64,000 nucleotides of DNA, taken from positions 1,212,312-1,276,311 of the forward strand of contig CAZQUL010000001.1 of the NCBI GenBank assembly GCA_964596525.1. The letters run 5' to 3'. The notes under the pieces are model-generated. The model did not search any database. It was not told the origin of the DNA and was given only the letters and a program-made list of their open reading frames with translations. The position numbers and the translations under genes were made by a program. Positions 17,552-26,615 of this stretch are shown here, in pieces. This DNA comes from an uncultured Gammaproteobacteria bacterium (GTDB lineage: Bacteria; Patescibacteriota; Patescibacteriia; Magasanikbacterales; GWA2-37-8). Numbering within the stretch: position 1 is the first letter of the stretch; every line of letters begins with the position of its first letter.

Positions 17552-18793
17552 CTAGCGGACGACAAAGTCCGTAAGTGGCCCGTGGAATAGTTCATCTTTT
17601 TCCCAGATATTACGCTGGATGTGAATCGTCGAACTAGTTTGGTCGGAATTTTTTATAACGTCGAAAGGAGCAACGATCGGAGATGCTGTAGAAGTCGCAA
17701 GACTAAATCTTGTTGGATCGAATATGAAAGACTGTTCTCCACCACCATTTTTTTGCAGCAAAAAATGCCAACCAAGAGAAGATGTGGCGAAAACATTAGG
17801 TAAATCATATAAGCTGTAATCTTCCGAAGTCGTTGCTATGGTCATAAGTGGTTTGCCGTGCACGTCAAAAATGGCAAACCGGGGAACCTCAGAACGCACA
17901 AAGTTTGAATAACTATGATCATAAACCAACACTTGATCGTTGTCGACGAAGCCAAGAATAATTTCTCCACCGAAATCCCAGGGATATATGAAAGACCCCA
18001 AAAGTTTGTGCTCGACAAAATCATAGACATCATCGGAAGCCCAAAAATTTCCCTGATTATAGAGCAGGCCATAACGCCCGTTGGGCGAAAAAGCGTAAAA
18101 CGCGAATGTGTCGCAGCGGCCTGAGTAAATGGAGCGTTCTTTTTCCGAATCAGAATCAATACCGGGCAGGATACTTACAGTACCTTGAGTGTCAGAGATA
18201 TATACCTGCTCATCAATAAAAATAAGCTCGTGCTTTCCTGGCAAAAACCGCACATTGCCAATTCCTAAGGTGCTGGTTGAAGAGTAAATTATTGTATCTT
18301 TCCCTGTTAAGCGCTCACGCAGGAGTAAAGTATCCCCAAGTTTCGAAATACAACTTTCATCAATATAAAAGGAATGTTTAGGCACTGGATGCTTCCGCAC
18401 CGTGTAGGCAAGAAATTTTCCATCCGATGAAACGGCCACTTGTTTTATAGGGTAGATATTTTCGACTTTGGGAAGAGAGGGGCGGTCATTATCTTCTAGA
18501 TTAAAGTAATCGATTGCTTTGCCGTCAGACCAGATAACTTCGTTATCCCAACCATCACGGGCAATAATTTTTGGATCGTAACCCCAATCGAGGCCAATGA
18601 TACGATCTTTCTCGCGCGTCAAAATCGGCTTCATCGCGACGGTGTTAGTAACGATTCGCGGGACGACCACATAGCGCAGAGCAGGCGAAGGACCGACTAG
18701 GGACTGCCGACTCATGAAAGTAATAAGGGTTAAACCACCCAATGAAACAAGAACGGTAATCACGAATAAGAGAAAAACCTTTTTAAACATCAT
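17552..18793 (-). CDS. Membrane-anchored hypothetical protein with a TolB/beta-propeller-like repeat character
   Basis: N-terminal TM segment (VFLLFVITVLVSLGGLTLITF) followed by repeated Ser/Asp/Gly-rich blades. Confidence 0.45.
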   Translation of the reverse strand: MMFKKVFLLFVITVLVSLGGLTLITFMSRQSLVGPSPALRYVVVPRIVTNTVAMKPILTREKDRIIGLDWGYDPKIIARDGWDNEVIWSDGKAIDYFNLEDNDRPSLPKVENIYPIKQVAVSSDGKFLAYTVRKHPVPKHSFYIDESCISKLGDTLLLRERLTGKDTIIYSSTSTLGIGNVRFLPGKHELIFIDEQVYISDTQGTVSILPGIDSDSEKERSIYSGRCDTFAFYAFSPNGRYGLLYNQGNFWASDDVYDFVEHKLLGSFIYPWDFGGEIILGFVDNDQVLVYDHSYSNFVRSEVPRFAIFDVHGKPLMTIATTSEDYSLYDLPNVFATSSLGWHFLLQKNGGGEQSFIFDPTRFSLATSTASPIVAPFDVIKNSDQTSSTIHIQRNIWEKDELFHGPLTDFVVR

Positions 18794-18910
18794 AGTAGTA
18801 AAAAACCATCACCACCAGCTTGACCTCTTCTCCCCAAAAGCACAACCCTTTGGTGTGGATAGAAAACCCAGCTCGTGGTACCATCCCTACGCTCAAACCA
18901 GAGGAGTATC

Positions 18911-19726
18911 ATGAGAAAAAGACGTTCATTTCTGGACACGCTCAAACTCGGCGTGTTCATCACCATCCACCTCGTCCCCTTTCTTGCCATATGGACCGGC
19001 GTTACCGCGCGAGCACTCGTTCTTTTCGGGGTGCTCTACGTGGTAAAAATGTTTCTCGTGACCGGCGTGTACCATCGGTACTTCTCGCATCGCGCGTACA
19101 AGACGAGCCGCTTCATGCAGTTTACTCTTGGGTTTCTGGGGACAGCGTGCCTGCAACGGGGGCCCTTGTGGTGGGCGGCGCGGCACCGGCATCACCATCG
19201 TTACTCGGATGAACCCGAGGATGTGCATTCGCCGCGCCGCGGGCTCTGGCAATCGCATGTGGGATGGATTGTCGGGAGTGCGTACAATGCCACGGATACG
19301 GATCAGGTGCGCGATTTAGCGAAGTATCCAGAACTTCGCTGGCTCAACAATTATCACGGCATCGCTCCCCTTCTCCTCGCCGTGCTGTGCTATTACCTGG
19401 CGGGGTGGAGCGGCGTGGTTGTCGGGATGGGCTGGTCGGCCGTAGCGTCGTGGCATGCCACGTTTACCATCAATTCGCTCGCCCATCTGTGGGGCACGCG
19501 ACGGTACGCAACGAAAGATACGAGCCGCAACAACGGACTGCTTGCGCTTCTTACCCTCGGCGAAGGATGGCACAACAACCACCACCGCTATCCGGGCGCG
19601 GCGCGGCAAGGGTTTTTCTGGTGGGAAATCGATGTGACGTATTACATCCTGCAAGGGTTTGCAGCGCTGGGGCTGATCTGGGACCTGCGCGAGCCGCCAG
19701 CGCAGATTATGCGCACTGCAAAGTGA
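18911..19726 (+). CDS. Acyl-CoA (stearoyl-CoA-type delta-9) fatty acid desaturase
   Basis: Histidine boxes HRYFSH, HRHHH and HNNHH; TM helices; RBS gaggag before ATG 18911. Confidence 0.75.
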   Translation: MRKRRSFLDTLKLGVFITIHLVPFLAIWTGVTARALVLFGVLYVVKMFLVTGVYHRYFSHRAYKTSRFMQFTLGFLGTACLQRGPLWWAARHRHHHRYSDEPEDVHSPRRGLWQSHVGWIVGSAYNATDTDQVRDLAKYPELRWLNNYHGIAPLLLAVLCYYLAGWSGVVVGMGWSAVASWHATFTINSLAHLWGTRRYATKDTSRNNGLLALLTLGEGWHNNHHRYPGAARQGFFWWEIDVTYYILQGFAALGLIWDLREPPAQIMRTAK

Positions 19727-19827
19727 GTATCGTCTTCTGTGGATCCGGTCATGTGCCGGGTCTTTTTTAACCCTCGTCAAAACTTCTTTGTTCGGCTATA
19801 ATCGATCGGGGTATTTTATTTCTTTTT

Positions 19828-20430
19828 ATGAAACAATCTCTTCTCACCACTCTGCGCGATGCTCGAACGGACACGGCCGCCTTCCGTCGCGCCGCGCATG
19901 GCGTAGCCCGGCTCCTTGCCGCAGAAGCCGTAACGCATTGTGCGGAAAGAACAGCGCCAATTGAGACGCCGGTCGCGCCGACGATTGGGTATTATCCGGA
20001 GCGACAGATCACGCTCGTGCCGGTATTGCGGGCTGGACTTGCTCTTCTACCGACCTTCATGGAGTGTTTTGAAAACGCGCGTGTCGGGTTCGCGGGTTTT
20101 CGCCGTGACGAGGAAACCGCGGAATCGAAAGAGTATTACCGCAATCTGCCGCCGTTCTCAGCCGAAGACCAGATCATTGTTCTTGACCCGATGCTCGCGA
20201 CCGGCGGGAGTGCCCTTGCGACAATCGAAGCAGTCATTACGGCCGGTGGACATGCTAAACAGATCATCGCCGTATTCGTCGTTGCTGCACCCGAAGGTTT
20301 GCAGCGGCTGAAAGAGCGCTTTCCCGAAGTCACTATCATATCCGCCGCATACGACGAAAAGCTGAATGATAAAAAGTATATCGTCCCCGGACTCGGCGAC
20401 TTTGGTGATCGGTATTTTGGGACCATGTAA
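19828..20430 (+). CDS. upp: Uracil phosphoribosyltransferase
   Basis: VLDPMLATGGSA plus the C-terminal IVPGLGDFGDRYFGT signature of UPRT. Confidence 0.85.
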   Translation: MKQSLLTTLRDARTDTAAFRRAAHGVARLLAAEAVTHCAERTAPIETPVAPTIGYYPERQITLVPVLRAGLALLPTFMECFENARVGFAGFRRDEETAESKEYYRNLPPFSAEDQIIVLDPMLATGGSALATIEAVITAGGHAKQIIAVFVVAAPEGLQRLKERFPEVTIISAAYDEKLNDKKYIVPGLGDFGDRYFGTM

Positions 20431-20436
20431 ACGTGA

Positions 20437-20472
20437 AACGCCGCTCTTCAGGTGAAAGGCGGCGTTTTTTTA
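20437..20472. terminator. Bidirectional rho-independent terminator between upp and trhO
   Basis: aacgccgc tcttcaggtgaaag gcggcgtt followed by ttttttt. The trhO stop overlaps its 3' end. Confidence 0.6.
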
Positions 20473-21360
20473 TATATCTTTTTGATCACTCGTGCGGCAA
20501 TCAGGCGAACAATATCCTTTTCCGTTTGTGTCGAGGCAGGATTTGCAACAGAGAATATGCCGTTTACCGCGGCAGTGCACATACGCGCAATCGATGTAAT
20601 TTTCGGTCGAGGCGTTGCAGCGCTCGCACTTCCCTACTATTTCATGATCTGGACCCTCGACATTAAAGCCCATCGTGACCCGGCCATCGAAAACGTAGAG
20701 CAAGCCTTTGAAATCTTCGTTCGGATATTTTTCCATGTACGTAACGATACCGCCGAAAAGCTGGTAAACGTTTTTAAATCCGTGCTTAACGAGAAAGCCT
20801 GATGCTTTTTCGCACCGTACGCCACCGGTGCAGACGGTAACGATGGTTTTGTCTTTGAGGTGCGCAAGGGTCGGAAGAACAGCTGGAAGATCGCGGAAGT
20901 TGGTAAGGGGCGGCAAAATTGAACCCGCGAAATGACCCACTTTGTGCTCGTAGTCGTTGCGCATGTCGATGATATAGAACTCTTTGTCCGAATGGATCCA
21001 GTCATGGAGTTCTTCGGCGGTAATGTAGGCGCCGGTCGTTTCGAGCGGACTAAAATCGTCTTTACCAAGATGAAGGCTGACGATTTCGGAGCGGACTTTA
21101 ATGGAGAGTTTGGGAAACGCCGACCCCGTGCCGACGCTGCGCTTGAAATGAATGCCCTGGAACCGTTCGTCGCGCTCAAGTTCCTCGATATAGCGGGCAG
21201 TATTCTCGGTCGTTCCTTCAAGCGTGACGTTGATACCTTCGGCGGCAATAATAAGCCGGCCCTTTAAGCCTAAGCGTTCGCATAAAAGCCGCTGGTCGCG
21301 GGCGACAGCTTCGGGGTCGGTTAGGGGAACGTATTTGTAGAATAAGAGGATTTCGTACAT
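20470..21360 (-). CDS. trhO: tRNA uridine(34) hydroxylase TrhO (rhodanese-domain protein YceA/UPF0176)
   Basis: N-terminus MYEILLFYKYVPLTDPE...LGLKGRLIIAAEGINVTLEG plus a rhodanese Cys loop (CTGGVRCEKA) and a C-terminal Cys-rich tail. Start set at Met34 of the ORF-track entry. Confidence 0.7.
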   Translation of the reverse strand: MYEILLFYKYVPLTDPEAVARDQRLLCERLGLKGRLIIAAEGINVTLEGTTENTARYIEELERDERFQGIHFKRSVGTGSAFPKLSIKVRSEIVSLHLGKDDFSPLETTGAYITAEELHDWIHSDKEFYIIDMRNDYEHKVGHFAGSILPPLTNFRDLPAVLPTLAHLKDKTIVTVCTGGVRCEKASGFLVKHGFKNVYQLFGGIVTYMEKYPNEDFKGLLYVFDGRVTMGFNVEGPDHEIVGKCERCNASTENYIDCAYVHCRGKRHILCCKSCLDTNGKGYCSPDCRTSDQKDI

Positions 21361-21573
21361 ACGAGACAGCATATACGGAGTATAGCGGAACGAAGGTAAA
21401 AGACAAGAGCAGAGCTTTACCGTCATGGCGAGGAAGGAGTTAGACGACTGACCACGCAATCCCCTTGATTAAAGAGTAAATCTTGAATTACGGAGGGATT
21501 GCTTCACTGCGCTCGCAATGACAATTTTAAAACAGAAAAACCTCCTTACGGAGGCGGAATGCGGCGGCGAGAG

Positions 21574-22410
21574 CTAGAGCTCGGCGATGATATTCAAGAG
21601 GAGCTGCTTGAAGTGCTGGCTATTGCCTTGGGCGACGGTCGCCACGTCTTCGTGCTTGATGGGTTTATTGGCGCTGTCGGCCGCGGGGTTGGTAACGCAG
21701 GCGAGCGCGAGCACATGCGCGCCAAGATGGCGGAGCGCGATGACTTCGGGAACCGTGGACATGCCCACAAGATCGGCGCCGAGCATGCGGAGCATCTGGA
21801 TCTCGGATGGCGTCTCGAACTGCGGCCCGGGCATCATGGCGTAGACACCTTCAGCAAGGTGCTTGCCGGTGAGGCGTAAGACGGCGGTATGTGCAGTAGC
21901 CCGAAAATCCCAGTCGTACGCTTGGGTCATGTCCGGAAAGCGGGTGCCGTACTTCTCATCGTTAATACCGGTGAGCGGTGAGCGCAGTGAAAAGTTGATA
22001 TGATCGCGGATGGCGACGATCTGACCGACATGATAGTCTCGGTTAATCGCACCGGCTGCACAGGTGAGAATAAACTTTTTGATACCCGAGAGTGCCAGGG
22101 TGCGGACAGCATGAACGATCGTCTGAAAATCATGACCCTCGTAGCTATGGACGCGCCCGCTCAAAAAGAGGGCGTGCTGATCCCCGACCATAGCCGAACA
22201 CAGCTTGCCGGCATGACCGATGACGTGCGGGGTAGGAAAACCGAGTTCTTCATAACCGATCGAGCGTGCATCCAGCAGGTCCTCGGCAGCATGACCCAAA
22301 CCCGAACCCAACACCACGCCGACCGTGGGTGGTGTGGGACAATCTTTGAGCCACGCATCAAGGGCGCTCAAGGAACTGTTGAGAGAAGCGGAATCGAGAT
22401 TAGCCTTCAT
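21574..22410 (-). CDS. Purine nucleoside phosphorylase (PNP/MTAP family)
   Basis: VGVVLGSGLG phosphate-binding loop and an overall PunA/MTAP-like sequence (TVPEVIALRHLG). Confidence 0.75.
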   Translation of the reverse strand: MKANLDSASLNSSLSALDAWLKDCPTPPTVGVVLGSGLGHAAEDLLDARSIGYEELGFPTPHVIGHAGKLCSAMVGDQHALFLSGRVHSYEGHDFQTIVHAVRTLALSGIKKFILTCAAGAINRDYHVGQIVAIRDHINFSLRSPLTGINDEKYGTRFPDMTQAYDWDFRATAHTAVLRLTGKHLAEGVYAMMPGPQFETPSEIQMLRMLGADLVGMSTVPEVIALRHLGAHVLALACVTNPAADSANKPIKHEDVATVAQGNSQHFKQLLLNIIAEL

Positions 22411-22533
22411 AGGTACTCCTTACGCCAGAACGGCGCGATGTAACCCTACCACAACGTGCCGCTATCGACAACTTTACAAATAACCCCTGTTTCATTACTA
22501 TGATTACGCTACGCGAACCTTAAAGGAGAGGCC

Positions 22534-23589
22534 ATGGAAATCGCAGCTGTCTCATTGAATGACTTTCAGCACGGTACGAAAAATGTGCAAGAAGAAACGG
22601 CCCAGCGGGCCTACGAATCGTTTCGGACCACCGGACTTCTCTTTGTCCACGATCCGTCGGTAGACCTGGCGGATGTCGTGCGGGCGCAAGCAATGATGGA
22701 CCGCTATTTCGCCCAAGGAGAGACAGTCCTCATGCGGGATGCTCGACCGGAAGTCCACTTCCAGACCGGCTATCTGCCGCGCAAGACCGAACGGCCCAAC
22801 CGCAACCTGCGCACGCGCATCATTGGCATGCCACGCAGACACTGGCCGACGATTCCGCCCTGGGATTATGACGGCGATGACAAGCACCGCTTTTTCTACC
22901 CGTTCGGCGAGCAGCCGCCCGAGACGCCGTTTGATAAAATCAATCCGGCACCGGTTGTTCCCGCCGGATTTGAAGGCGAATGGAAGCCGACGCTCGACAA
23001 ACTCTGCTGCCAACTCCTCGGAGTGGGCACGGCAGCGCTCGCCATGATCGAGCGCGCTCTCGGCGCATCTCCAGGACGGATTACCGACCTTCTGAAGTAC
23101 GCTCCGCACCTGCTTGGCCCCAACGCGGCCGACCTCAGTACCACGAAGATCGGCACGATCATCAACGCCGCGCATACGGATCTGAATGCGGTATCGGTGC
23201 ACCCGGCAGCCACGTATCCGGGGCTGCGCATCTGGTCGCGCGATAACACGCTCATGTCGATCAAGATTCCGCCCGGCTATTTCCTGCTCCAGGCGGGCCA
23301 GCAGCTCGAGTGGGTTACCGGCGGTGAAATCTTGGCTGGATTGCACGAAGTAATCGCGACCGAAGAGGCCGTGGGGATTTACGAACGTCATCCGAGCCAG
23401 AGTCCACGGCGGATTTCACTACCCCTCTTCGTTCACTTCGCTTCGAGCGCCCGGCTCGAAGTGCTCGAAGAAATCTTGGCCGAGCAAAGCGTGCGCGAAC
23501 GGCGGCAGACACTCACCCTTTTCCCGCCCATCACGATCGCCGAACAGGTGACGGCTGAGCTCGAGGCCATCAACCTTAAGCAGAGCTAG
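22534..23589 (+). CDS. 2-oxoglutarate/Fe(II)-dependent oxygenase superfamily protein (IPNS-like non-haem iron enzyme), putative
   Basis: N-terminal DIOX_N-like region (FQHG...) and an HxD...H facial triad candidate (AAHTDLN ... GLHEV). Confidence 0.5.
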   Translation: MEIAAVSLNDFQHGTKNVQEETAQRAYESFRTTGLLFVHDPSVDLADVVRAQAMMDRYFAQGETVLMRDARPEVHFQTGYLPRKTERPNRNLRTRIIGMPRRHWPTIPPWDYDGDDKHRFFYPFGEQPPETPFDKINPAPVVPAGFEGEWKPTLDKLCCQLLGVGTAALAMIERALGASPGRITDLLKYAPHLLGPNAADLSTTKIGTIINAAHTDLNAVSVHPAATYPGLRIWSRDNTLMSIKIPPGYFLLQAGQQLEWVTGGEILAGLHEVIATEEAVGIYERHPSQSPRRISLPLFVHFASSARLEVLEEILAEQSVRERRQTLTLFPPITIAEQVTAELEAINLKQS

Positions 23590-23781
23590 ATGATTCCCAA
23601 ACCACCCACCGGTGGTTTTTAAAATACTTTGTTCATCCGTCACTGCGAGGGGCATAGCAACGAAGCCCGTCCGCTATGGCAGCAGAAGGCGTGCTGGGCG
23701 GGCAATCCCTTTGATGTCAGAGTGAGCTCTGAATTATGAGGGAATTGCTTCGCTGCGCTCGCAATGACATGCCTTCTCATC

Positions 23782-25077
23782 TCACAACAACTTTTCCTGC
23801 ACACTATTATCGTCTCCCCCACCGTCGAGCTCAAGCAACGGAACGGTTGCCAAGCTCGCACCAACAATACCCTGCAGATCGCCGTAGACGCCGGTCGTGC
23901 TGAGCACCACCCGTTCGATTTCTTTTTCGCGCCGGCTCCAGATGCGCTGCATGGCGCGCTTTTCGGCCTCGAGCTCTTCTTTGAGGCTTTTGAAACCCAT
24001 GACGATATTCTCAATGCGATTACGGAACTGCGGACTGGAAATGTATTGATACAAAAAATCTTTTTTCTCTTCGCGGCCGACAAGCGAATTTTTGGTTTGG
24101 TGCATTTCAAGGACATGCGCGCGGATCATGGCCGTAACCGGTACGAGGCAACCGTACTCCACCACCCACACCCCTTCAATGCAACCAAATTGCTTGATGG
24201 AACTGGGTAGCGCTTTAGTCACCAAAATGCACACATCGGCTTGCACGAGTGCCTGGTCGCTCTTGAGTTTTTTAATCCACTCGTCGCTCCAGAGTTTGGT
24301 GTTTTTCGATTCCCACAAAATGACACCGCCTTTTTGGCCAAAGTTGGTTTGCACCGTGTGCACCAAATCCGCGCCGTTGATGCCGGTCGGCACATCGTCG
24401 ATTCGATCGAGTGGAAACGCAGTGGTGAGGAGGTGCTTTAAATCCGCCTCCTGCACCTCACCCTGGATCTGCATCGAAGCCTGCTCGGATTTGCGCTGTG
24501 CTTCATCGAGCGCTTTTTTGAGCATGTCCATCTGTTTGTCTTTTTCTAATTCTTTCTTGCGAAAATCTTCTTGAATGACACGCAGCCGTTCGTCGAGCGC
24601 CTGTGCCTGTTCAGTTTTGAAGCGCGTTTCGAGTTTAATGCGCTCTTCGTCGAGCTTGCGCTGGATTTCGAGTTCCGCATTCTTGGTTTTTTCTTCGAGT
24701 TCGCGGGCTTTGGCGCGCAATTCAAGCTCGTTTTTCTGCGCTTCTTTGAGCTGGCGATCACGTTCTTCTTTTTGCAGCTTCAAGTCCTTAAGCTCGAGCC
24801 CGAGTTTTTCCTGCGCTTTTTCTTGCGCCACGGCCCACAGCTTTTCCTTTTCGGCTTTCATTTTTTCATCAAGGTGCTTTTGCAAATCAGCGCGGTCTTT
24901 TTCGATTTTCTCGCGTTCGGCAAGCAAGGCTTTTTCTTGAAGAGCCATTTTTTCGGCACGAACTTTTTCTTTAGCATCAAACTCCGCGCGCAGTTCGTCT
25001 TTGATCTGCAAAGCCAGTGTTTCGGTAAGGGCTATCTCGTGCTGACACTCAGGACAACGGATTGTATGGTCGGGCAT
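23782..25077 (-). CDS. DUF2130-like protein: N-terminal zinc-ribbon (CPECQHEI), a long coiled coil and a C-terminal globular domain
   Basis: MPDHTIRCPECQHEIAL followed by about 200 aa of K/E-rich coiled coil; architecture typical of DUF2130. Confidence 0.55.
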   Translation of the reverse strand: MPDHTIRCPECQHEIALTETLALQIKDELRAEFDAKEKVRAEKMALQEKALLAEREKIEKDRADLQKHLDEKMKAEKEKLWAVAQEKAQEKLGLELKDLKLQKEERDRQLKEAQKNELELRAKARELEEKTKNAELEIQRKLDEERIKLETRFKTEQAQALDERLRVIQEDFRKKELEKDKQMDMLKKALDEAQRKSEQASMQIQGEVQEADLKHLLTTAFPLDRIDDVPTGINGADLVHTVQTNFGQKGGVILWESKNTKLWSDEWIKKLKSDQALVQADVCILVTKALPSSIKQFGCIEGVWVVEYGCLVPVTAMIRAHVLEMHQTKNSLVGREEKKDFLYQYISSPQFRNRIENIVMGFKSLKEELEAEKRAMQRIWSRREKEIERVVLSTTGVYGDLQGIVGASLATVPLLELDGGGDDNSVQEKLL

Positions 25078-25219
25078 AAAAGAAAATCTAAAAGCAATAT
25101 CGTATCGTCACTATACTACACTCCCCTGCCACGTAAAACCAAGGTTCGCTGGGTGTGTTGACAGATGCCTTTTTTTGGGCTACATTCAGCGCACCACACC
25201 CGTGCAACAGGGGGTTCAC

Positions 25220-26551
25220 ATGATGCCCACAAAAGGTTTCGTCATCAAAGATATTACCGAAATAAAGGGACCGGGAATCATCGCCAGCCTGCGCAATGCA
25301 GCACGGTTGGCGCGCGATCCTGTGCAGTTTATCAGCCGGTTAAAGGCGGACAACCCGCGGCAATCAATCATTCCTCTTGCTGCATTTGGCCGCCGCCGAG
25401 CAGTGGCGATCCTCAACAAAGAGATGGGCGAAGAAATTCTGCGCAACCCGCACTTCGGACAGGCTGGAGTGCTCATGCGCATCCTGGGGAAAAAATTCGG
25501 CCAGAAAGGCCCCTTTACCTGGGATAGCGAAGAGGTGCGCGGGATAATTCGACCGCTCTTTCACAAAGACGAGCTTCTGAACGGGGCGAAAGCCATGCTG
25601 CTGCATAACGAGCTTATGCGGTTCGTAGAAAAACTCGAGATCGCGAGCGAACGGATGGAAACGATTGACATCCTGAAGATGTCCAAAGCCGCATCGATCG
25701 CCATCGTGTGCAACATCATTCTGGGCGCGCAGTGGAACGATGAGACGATACAACAGTGCGGGCAGGATATGGAAGAAATGGTGCTCGCCACGTTTGAAAG
25801 CATGATGAATCCGCTCTCGATCATTTCACCGCGCCGATACCTGCAGGTACGGAAGATGGTAGAGCGCCAACACAAGCTCATCTACGAGCTTATGAACGAA
25901 GCGAGCACCCCCGGAATCCTTACCGCCCACTCGCTCCTCACGAAGTTGCGCCAAGGCGGAGCGATCGACAACGAAACCATGTTCAGCGTGCTCATCCAGC
26001 TGCTCGTTGCTGGGCATGAAACAACGGCGAGCGCACTTGCCCACCTCACGCAACACCTCGCCATCCACAAAGATATGTATGAGGACAGCGGACTCAAAGC
26101 CGAAGCGCGCAAACTCGTTGCGATCGATCCGGGGAGCGACTGGACGTACCGCGATTTCCCGGCGCTAGCGCGCGTCGTCAGCGAAGTTATCATGACATAC
26201 CCGCCGATCATCTCGGTATTCCGCGCCGCCACGCAAGACACGCTGGTGCGGCACACGCGAGAAGAGTCATACCGTTTTAATGCCGGGACGCTCGTGTATC
26301 TGCCGCTCCTCGATTACAGCCACACGGAACTTGTAGCCGGACGCGTGCCGGCAAACCCGCTTGCAACATTGACCTTCAGCAGCGGGGTTCATAAATGCCC
26401 GGGCAATATCTTTGCAGTGCGACTGCTTACGATGACGCTCGCGACACTCATCCACCGCCGCATCCGTTTCAGCATTATCTCAACCCAAGGATACACCGCG
26501 CACCTAGCCTACAAGCCGCGCGGCCTCGCCATGAAAGTTTACCGGTCGTAG
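25220..26551 (+). CDS. Cytochrome P450 monooxygenase
   Basis: I-helix LLVAGHETTASAL (AGxETT) and haem-binding loop FSSGVHKCPGNIFA (FxxGxxxCxG). Confidence 0.8.
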   Translation: MMPTKGFVIKDITEIKGPGIIASLRNAARLARDPVQFISRLKADNPRQSIIPLAAFGRRRAVAILNKEMGEEILRNPHFGQAGVLMRILGKKFGQKGPFTWDSEEVRGIIRPLFHKDELLNGAKAMLLHNELMRFVEKLEIASERMETIDILKMSKAASIAIVCNIILGAQWNDETIQQCGQDMEEMVLATFESMMNPLSIISPRRYLQVRKMVERQHKLIYELMNEASTPGILTAHSLLTKLRQGGAIDNETMFSVLIQLLVAGHETTASALAHLTQHLAIHKDMYEDSGLKAEARKLVAIDPGSDWTYRDFPALARVVSEVIMTYPPIISVFRAATQDTLVRHTREESYRFNAGTLVYLPLLDYSHTELVAGRVPANPLATLTFSSGVHKCPGNIFAVRLLTMTLATLIHRRIRFSIISTQGYTAHLAYKPRGLAMKVYRS

Positions 26552-26615
26552 ACCAAAAACTCATCCCGCCCTGCGCGGGATTTTAATTTACCGGCAATCG
26601 GGGTACACTGCCTAT

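Noticed and set aside
19264-19780. GC-rich alternative-frame ORFs overlapping the acyl-CoA desaturase (19264-19770 +, 19316-19780 -, and others)
   Set aside because: These are typical long spurious ORFs in high-GC coding sequence. The desaturase frame has clear His-box motifs.
24571-25161. Plus-strand 196-aa and 121-aa ORFs antisense to the DUF2130 coiled-coil gene
   Set aside because: Antisense translation of a K/E-rich coiled coil gives F/L/S-rich pseudo-ORFs. No independent support.
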